Shown here: positions 48,383 to 56,085 of the stretch, one piece after another | Numbering within the stretch: the stretch's first letter is position 1 | How the letters are laid out: each line of letters starts with the position of its first letter | Origin: Chiloscyllium plagiosum | Taxonomy: Eukaryota | Direction of reading: 5' to 3' | Length of the DNA: 56,085 nt | NCBI RefSeq assembly: GCF_004010195.1 | Contig: NC_057718.1 | Coordinates: 27,117,733-27,173,817, forward strand | Made by a program: the position numbers and the translations under genes | Notes under the pieces: model-generated | The model's database searches: none | What the model was told of the DNA's origin: nothing | The model's input: the letters and a program-made list of their open reading frames with translations, nothing else

Positions 48383-48802
48383 AATACAAGAAGTGCAAAC
48401 ACCAGCTGCAAACCCTGATATTAATGGACTGATGCGCTAGCATGGAGTAGTGTGCTGTGAAGTTCACAGTTTGAGTATTGTCCTTAAATATTCCTGCACT
48501 GAAGGCAAAACTAAAATACAATGTTTCACTTTAAGAACTTCAAACCAGTCACCATCCAAATAAAACTGGACAAATGGTTCTCAGTCAACCTGCAAAGTCA
48601 AAACTTTCAAAATCAATTTCATCAATAGCAATGGTGTTATTCAATGTAATTGATGCAATGTTCCACTGTCTTCTCTTCACAAAAAACACAATTGTATATC
48701 CTTTAACATTTATATTTTTTGGAGTCAGTTCTCATTTCTAATCTGCTTTTTCTGACACTACTATTTCTCATATTTAGCAACTAAGAAACTTGATCCTTTT
48801 TG

Positions 48803-49318
48803 ACTGCAATTCTGGTCTCCCTCCTATAGGAAGGATGTTGTGAAACTTGAAAGGGTTCAGAAAAGATTTACAAGGATGTTGGCAGGGTTGCAGGCTTTGA
48901 GCTATAGGGAGAGGCTGAATAGCCTGGAGCGTCGGATGTTGAAGAGTGACCTTATAGAGGTTTACAAAATCTTGAGGGGCATGGTTAGGTTAAGTAGACA
49001 AGTCTTTTCCCTTGTTTTGGCGGGGGGTCCTAAACTGGAGGGCATAGAATTAGGGTGAGAGGGGAAAGATTTCAAAGGGACCTAAGGGGCAACTTTTTCA
49101 CGCAAAGGGTGGTGCTGATATGGAATGAGCTGCCAGAGGAAGTGGTGGAGACTGGTACAATTAAAACATTTAAAAGGCATCTGGATGGGTTTATGAATAT
49201 GAAGGATATGGGCTAAGAGATGGCAAATGGGACGAGATTAATTTAGGATATCTGGCCGGCATGGACAAGTTGGACTGAAGGGTCTGTTTTGGTGCTGCAC
49301 ATCTCTATGACTCTACGA
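48803..49318 (+). mobile_element. CR1 (HER1-type) LINE 3' end
   Basis: QFWSPSYRKDVVKLERVQKRFTRML followed by the 3' tail. Confidence 0.9.
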
Positions 49319-49639
49319 TTTAAGAATGCCTGGATAAACCAGTTCCTCTTGAAGAAAGATATCCACTAGGGAAGGGATTCTTTTAAATTAACCTTGTTTT
49401 GATCAACTGAGGAGGTGGGTACATAATAAAAGCAAACCCAGCTTGTCCCTTTCCTTCCCTTCCCTACAGTCTTTAACTGTAATACGTCGGGAAACTGTGA
49501 TTGGGACTGGCTGTAACATTAACACATAGGAAAAGCTGAGATATCAGCATAGATTTGTGGGTGACACAACCTTCGACATTTCACCATTGGGAGTGCAGGA
49601 TATTTTATAAATATAACAAAAATGTTTTCTTTTACCAAG

Positions 49640-50240
49640 CTTTCAAACACACAACACACACTTTCTCACATGCACTCACACTCACTCACATACTCACATG
49701 CTCTCTCTCTCTCTCTCTCTCATGCACGCAAACACATATAAGTCTAAGGGGTGAATATGTATTTGCAGAATTATATTTGCAGATACATTCTATTTGGCTC
49801 AAAAAATGCACAATCTGCAGGCAATCAATGCAGGCACTCAATACGTGTATTATTTTGTAAATTCCACTTCGGAAATAGATCCAGTCTGACTCAAGATTGG
49901 GATACAGACAGACTCTGACCTCACAACGTTAGTGCATTGTCTGAGCTGAGATGTCACTTTTTGATATAAAACCTTAAAATATCTTGACAAAGTGACTTAA
50001 AATAAGTTCTGGGATTTACATATTAAGGAACTGAAACTTGCAACCTATTCTAAATGATGAAAGACTCAACAATCCAGGTTTGTTCAATATATCAATTCAG
50101 TTTGCATGACACCTTAATCTTTTGCAATAAATTCTGTGTCTTATGATCTTATACTCCACAACCGTCTAATGAAGGAGCAGTGCTTTGAAAGCTATTGCTT
50201 CCAAGTAAATCTGTTAGACTATAGCCTGATGTTGGGTGAT
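49640..50240 (+). mobile_element. Older family-B PLE 3' UTR and pLTR
   Basis: (CA)/(CT) tract followed by sequence homologous to 30500-30973; decayed HHR CTAATGAAGGAGCAGTGCTTTGAAAGCTA. Confidence 0.8.
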
Positions 50241-50255
50241 TACAATTTTAGTCAT

Positions 50256-52631
50256 GATTCGGAGATGCAGTGTTGGATTGGGGTATACAAAGTTAAAAAT
50301 CACACAACACCAGGTTATAGTCCAACAGGTTTAATTGGAAGCACACTAGCTTTCGGAGCGACGCTCCTTCATCAGGTGATTGTGGAGGGCTCGATTGTAA
50401 CACAGAATTTATAGCAAAAATTTGCAGTGTGATGTAACTGAAATTATACATTGAAAAATTGATGTCTGTTAAGCCTTTCATCTGTTAGAATACAGTGATA
50501 GTTTCACTTCTTTCATGTGTAAATCACAAAACCCTTTTTTTNNNNNNNNNNNNNNNNNNNNNNNNNNNNNNNNNNNNNNNNNNNNNNNNNNNNNNNNNNN
50601 NNNNNNNNNNNNNNNNNNNNNNNNNNNNNNNNNNNNNNNNNNNNNNNNNNNNNNNNNNNNNNNNNNNNNNNNNNNNNNNNNNNNNNNNNNNNNNNNNNNN
50701 NNNNNNNNNNNNNNNNNNNNNNNNNNNNNNNNNNNNNNNNNNNNNNNNNNNNNNNNNNNNNNNNNNNNNNNNNNNNNNNNNNNNNNNNNNNNNNNNNNNN
50801 NNNNNNNNNNNNNNNNNNNNNNNNNNNNNNNNNNNNNNNNNNNNNNNNNNNNNNNNNNNNNNNNNNNNNNNNNNNNNNNNNNNNNNNNNNNNNNNNNNNN
50901 NNNNNNNNNNNNNNNNNNNNNNNNNNNNNNNNNNNNNNNNNNNNNNNNNNNNNNNNNNNNNNNNNNNNNNNNNNNNNNNNNNNNNNNNNNNNNNNNNNNN
51001 NNNNNNNNNNNNNNNNNNNNNNNNNNNNNNNNNNNNNNNNNNNNNNNNNNNNNNNNNNNNNNNNNNNNNNNNNNNNNNNNNNNNNNNNNNNNNNNNNNNN
51101 NNNNNNNNNNNNNNNNNNNNNNNNNNNNNNTTTCATCCCACCATCAAACTCACCATGGACTACTCTCGACTGTCTGTCTCATTCTTGGACACATGCGTCT
51201 CCATCAAGGACGGTCACCTCAGCACCACACTCTACCGCAAACCCACAGACAATCTCACAATGCTACACTTCTCCAGCTTCCACCCAAAACATATTAAAAC
51301 AGTCATTCCCTATGGACAAGCCCTACGCATACACCGGATCTGCTCAGATGAGGAGGAACGTGACGGACACCTGGAAGTACTCAAGGATGCCCTCACAAGA
51401 ACGGGGTACGATACTCAACTCATCGACCGCCAGTTCCGACGTGCCAAGCAAGGAACCGTAATGACCTCCTCAGGAGACAGACACATGCTGCAACTGACAG
51501 GGTACCCTTCGTTGTTCAGTACTTCGCAGGGGCTGAAAAATTACGCCATGTTCTTCGTGACCTGCAACACATTATCAATGAGGATGAGCACCTCACCAAG
51601 ACCTTCCCCACACCTCCACTACTTGCCTTTAAACAACCACCAAACCTCAAACAGATCATTGTTCGTAGCAAACTGCCCGGCTCTCAGGACAACTCCATAC
51701 AACCCTGTCATGGTGGACGCTAAAGACGTGTCAGATTGTGGACATAGATACCACTATTACGCGTGGGAACACCTCCCATCTTGTACATGGCAGGTACTCA
51801 TGTGACTCAGCCAACATTGTCTATCTTATACGTTGCAGACAAGGATGCCCGGAAGCATGGTACATTGGGGAAACCGAGCAAAGGCTACGACAACAGATGA
51901 ATGGGCACCGCACAACAATCAACAGACAGGAGGGTTCCCTCCCAGTTGGGGAACACTTCAGTGGTCCAGGACATTCAGCCTCAGACCTTTGGGTGACCAT
52001 CCTCCAAGGTGGACTTCGGGACAGGCAGCAGAGGAAAGTGGCTGAGCAGAGGCTGATAGCTAATTTCAGTACCCATAGGAATGGCCTCAACCGGGACCTT
52101 GGGTTCATGTCACATTACAGGTGATCACCATTGCACTACACACACACACACAGATATTCCGACACATACACACTCTCACATACACACGGACACAGGTACA
52201 CACAGATGCCCACACACACCCTNNNNNNNNNNNNNNNNNNNNNNNNNNNNNNNNNNNNNNNNNNNNNNNNNNNNNNNNNNNNNNNNNNNGTTTAATTGGA
52301 AGCACACTAGCTTTCGGAGCGACGCTCCTTCATCAGGTGATAGTGGAGGGCTCAATCCTAACACACAGAATTTATAGCAAAAATTTGCTTGTGATTTACA
52401 CATGAAAGAAGTGAAACTATCACTGTATTCTAACAGATGAAAGGCTTAACAGACAATCAATTTTTCAATGTATAATTTCAGTTACATCACATTGCAAATT
52501 TTTGCTGTAAATTCTGTGTTACAATCGAGCCCTCCACTATCACCTGATGAAGGAGCGTCGCTCCGAAAGCTAGTGTGCTTCCAATTAAACCTGTTGGACT
52601 ATAACCTGGTGTTGTGTGATTTTTAACTTTG
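50256..52631. mobile_element. Young family-B Penelope-like element: RT-thumb and GIY-YIG ORF on + (51131-52124, frameshifted) between inverted pLTRs; two assembly gaps
   Basis: FHPTIKLT...FLDT...LYRKPTD...IPYGQALRIHRICS and NIVYLIRC...YIGETEQRLRQ...AEQRLI...GLN. Degenerate TSD TACAAT(T/G)TTAGT(C/G)AT at 50241-50255 and 52632-52646. Confidence 0.93.
52541..52575 (+). ncRNA. Minimal hammerhead ribozyme motif (family B)
   Basis: CAC-CTGATGA-A-GGAGC(GTC)GCTCC-GAAA-GCTA-GTG: stem I CAC/GTG, 5-bp stem II, palindromic AGCT stem III. Exact antisense copies at 50344-50378 and 52305-52339. Confidence 0.85.
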
Positions 52632-53269
52632 TACAATGTTAGTGATTGTGAGCAGAGCTCTGCAGAGATGCAAGGCTCCACACAAGCAGATTTACACACT
52701 TGGATTTGTAAGGGAAAGGTTGGGAGTAGTTTATAGATGTTACTTACTTAGATTTGGAGAAGGCAAGAGACTATTCATTAAACTCCAAGTTCAGGGAGTT
52801 CAAGGCAAGCTATTGACATAGTTTGACAGAGATTAAGGATAATTGCTGTAACTGGCAGGAAGTCACTAGTTGGTTTTAGAAAGGATCTGTTTTGGGACTT
52901 CAACTATTTCCCATATTTATTAATGACTAGAGGATGGAATAGAAAGTCACACCTTTCAAAATTTTATCAAATGAACAAAGGTTGTTGAAATTATAAGCTA
53001 TATATATGTAAGAATTAAATGACAACGAAATAATGAAACTTTAAATGAAAGGACTAGACTGTGCTAAATGGACTTCAATACAGTAAAGGATTGAAGGATA
53101 TACTTTCTAATGATGAAATCTGGAAATAATGGACTTCCAGAAAGACTTGTGGGTCCAGGTACAGAAGTAATTCAGAGACCATGAACAGGTATAGAAAATA
53201 ATCATGATGTGGAGATGTCGGTGTTGAACTGGATGGACAAAGTCAAAAGTCACATGAAACTAGGTTATA

Positions 53270-53700
53270 GTCATACAGTCATAGAGACGTACAGCACAGA
53301 AACAGACCCTTTGGTCCAATTTGTCCATGCTGACCAGATATCCTTAACGAATCTAGTTCCATTTGCCAGCACTTGGCCCGTATCCCTCTACACCCATCCA
53401 GTTACCTTTTAAATGTTGCAATTGTATCAGCCTCCACCATTTCCTCTAGCAGTTCATTCTATATATGCACCATTCTCTGTGTGAAAAAATCATCCCTTAC
53501 ATTCCTTTTAAATATTTCCCCTCTCACGCTAAACTTCTTGTTTTGGACTCCCCCATTCCAGGGAAAAGACCTTGTGTATTTATCTTAGCCATGTCCCTCA
53601 TGATTTTATAAATCTCTGTACAGTCACCCCTTAGATTCTTACACTCCGCGGAAAGTAGCCCCAGCCAATTCGGTCTCTCCCTATTGCTCAAACCCACCAA
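53270..53700 (-). mobile_element. CR1 LINE 3' end
   Basis: Reverse complement of the HER1-type 3' end. Confidence 0.85.
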
Positions 53701-54844
53701 GCTTGATTTATTTCATCAGGTGAAGTGGAGGGAGGCACACAGCCACAGAATTCATAGGTGGAGAGATAATGGCCATTGTGCATTGGAGGAAATGCTGTAT
53801 AAATTTTCCAGAATGATTAATTGAGTTGAAGGATTAAATTACATGGAAAGATTATACAAACTGGGGTTGTAGCTCTTGAATATTAGAAGCAAGTATCATT
53901 ACTATTGTCCACAGATGACTGTTGGTGGCTAACCTAAGGTCACTAGACCTTAGGCGAGGGGTGAGGGGAAAGTCCTTTGTGGTAATCTAAGTTGGTTGGA
54001 ATTGAGAAAATCAGCAGGTCATATAGTGGTTGCTTTCAAGATAATAAGCTAAAACGTGGAATATTTATGGATAAACTGTTGACCTCTCAAGGACAATTAG
54101 GGATTTGCAGTAAATGCTGGTTTGGCCAAAGACGTTGGCATCCCATGAACGATTTTTGTAAAAAGTTGAGACAGAACTTTCAAGAGTGCAATGCAGAAAC
54201 ACATCCACACCTAAAGGGGGCTAGACGTTTGGAACTACTTCCCATAAATGCCTATTGCTGATTTTCCAGTTAGTAATTATTAACGTAATTTGATAGCCTT
54301 TTGCTAACCATGGTATTAAGCTATGACGTTAGACACAGTACAGTTATGGATCTCATTGAACAGTGGACATGTTTGAGTGGTTAATTAGCTGACTCCAATT
54401 CCTAAACTCCTTATTGCCTGTGTAGGTGGTAATCTATAACATGCCACTGGCAGTTGAGCTGTTGGTGGGGTGAATCAATGGGCTGATAATTGGGCAGATT
54501 CTATCATAGTTAAATCAGGTCCACTACATTATCATTTAGGCAACAATATTGAAAATCTTTCCCACAGAGTTTTACCATGATGGATAGAATAAAGATTCAT
54601 GCTTCTACGCAGCCCACAGCAGAATTTAAATGTTAATGAGTCTAAATCTTAATCTGTAGCTCTGTTAGTCAGTTATTTGTAATGGAAAACAGCAAATAAT
54701 GGAAAATCATTCTGTATTTGAGTGATTCTTATCTGTGTAGACATACAATAGATAATAGAATTCTTTCCCCAAATGGTAGGGTCTTGGGGAGTGTTGCCAA
54801 ACAAAGAGACCTTGGGGTGCAGGTTCATAGCTCCTTGAAATATC

Positions 54845-55280
54845 ATTCATAGCAAACAACCTAGCCTTCAGGAGAACCGCACAACTCTGCCATGGCAACA
54901 TTTGCAAGACATGCCAAATCATCGATATGGATATTAACATTAGACATGGGAACAACACCCACCAAGTACACGGTATGTACTCATGTGACTCCAACAACCT
55001 TGTCTACCACATGTACTGCAGGAAAGGATGGCCCATGGCATGGTATGTCGATGAGACCATGCAGATCCTATTACAATGGATGAACGGACACCATGCAACA
55101 ATCACCAGAGAGGAATATTCCTCCCACTCGGGGAATACTTCAGCGGTCAAGGAAATTCAGTCTCCGATCTTCGGGTAAGCATCTGCCATGCAGTCTTCGA
55201 GGTTACAACAATGCAGAATCACTGAGCAGAAACTAGTAAAAGGACGGCCTGAACTGTGATCTTGGGTTCACGTAACCCCA
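54845..55280 (+). mobile_element. Older family-B PLE GIY-YIG remnant
   Basis: HQVHGMYSCDSNNLVYHMYCRKGWPMAWYVDET aligns with ORF 51738-52124. Confidence 0.8.
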
Positions 55281-55559
55281 CCATACTGTTCAGTGTTTGT
55301 AAAATCTTCCTTACTGGTGTTTTGACACCATTACCTTGATTACTTGTGATCATCTCTCTACCTTGATTATTGGGTTTGGTTTTTGATTACTTGTTACTTT
55401 GTTAGACCCCCATCATGCGACTCTGATACCTAACATGATATTCCAGCCATTTGGTTTGTCTATAACATCATTTTATTTTTAATCTCTCTGCCTTAATTAG
55501 TTGATTCATAGGTCATTCCTTCATTTATTATTCAGCTGTTGACACTTTACTTACATCAA

Positions 55560-56085
55560 AGATGACTCAGGGATGGGCAGGACTGGCAGCTTAATGTTCC
55601 AGGATACAAATGCGACAGGAAGGATAGAAAGGGAGGCAAGAAAGGAGAGGGACTGGCATTTTTGATAAGGGATAGCATTACAGCTGTGTTGAGGGAGGAT
55701 ATTCCCAGAAATACATCCAGGGAAGTTATTTGGGTGGAACTGAGAAATAAGAAAGGGATGATCATCTTACTGGAATTGTATTATAGACCCCCCAATAGTC
55801 AGAGGGAAATTGAGAAACAAACTTGTAAGGAGATCTCAGCTATCTGTAAGAAAAATAGGGTGGTTATGGATAGGGGATTTTAACTTTCCAAACATAGACT
55901 AAGACTGCCATAGTGTTAAGGGTTTAGATGGACAGGAATTTGTTAAGTGTATACAAGACAATTTTCTGATTCAGTATGTGGATGTACCTACTAGAGAAGG
56001 TGCAAAACTTGACCTACTCTTGGGAAATAAGGCAGGGCAGGTGACTGAAGTGTCAGTGGGGGAGCACTTTGGGGCCAGTGACAAT
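55560..56085 (+). mobile_element. CR1 LINE ORF2 AP-endonuclease fragment (runs off the window)
   Basis: DWQLNVPGYKC.RKDRKGGKKGEG...IWVELRNKKG...YYRPPNS...GDFNFPNID...PTREGAKLDLLLGN. Confidence 0.92.

Noticed and set aside
50495..51805. Long ORFs of 207-436 aa
   Set aside because: Length is inflated by the N gap; the real part is frameshifted Penelope RT.

Overview
Vertebrate genomic DNA, most likely from a cartilaginous fish (HE1-type SINEs with (TAATC)n tails and HER1/CR1 LINEs suggest a bamboo or carpet shark; this is an inference). The only host gene I can support is a classical calpain large subunit (CAPN2/CAPN8 group) on the minus strand. Seven coding exons (44815 down to 686) splice in frame with GT-AG sites and give a complete Cys105/His262/Asn286 triad; the gene continues beyond the left edge. 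Intron 2 is 30.1 kb. The rest is mostly retroelement: CR1, HE1 and Deu-type SINEs, Rex1/Babar, Tx1, a Gypsy-like LTR remnant and many Penelope-like elements (PLEs). The most notable non-genic signal is a set of PLE-derived fold-back insertions from three families. They carry minimal hammerhead ribozyme (HHR) motifs with a palindromic, loop-less stem III, have 11-16 bp target-site duplications (TSDs) and a one-sided terminal tail, and several intact ribozyme cores lie in the sense of the calpain pre-mRNA. Repeat boundaries were read by eye and are approximate; exon, TSD and ribozyme coordinates were counted base by base.
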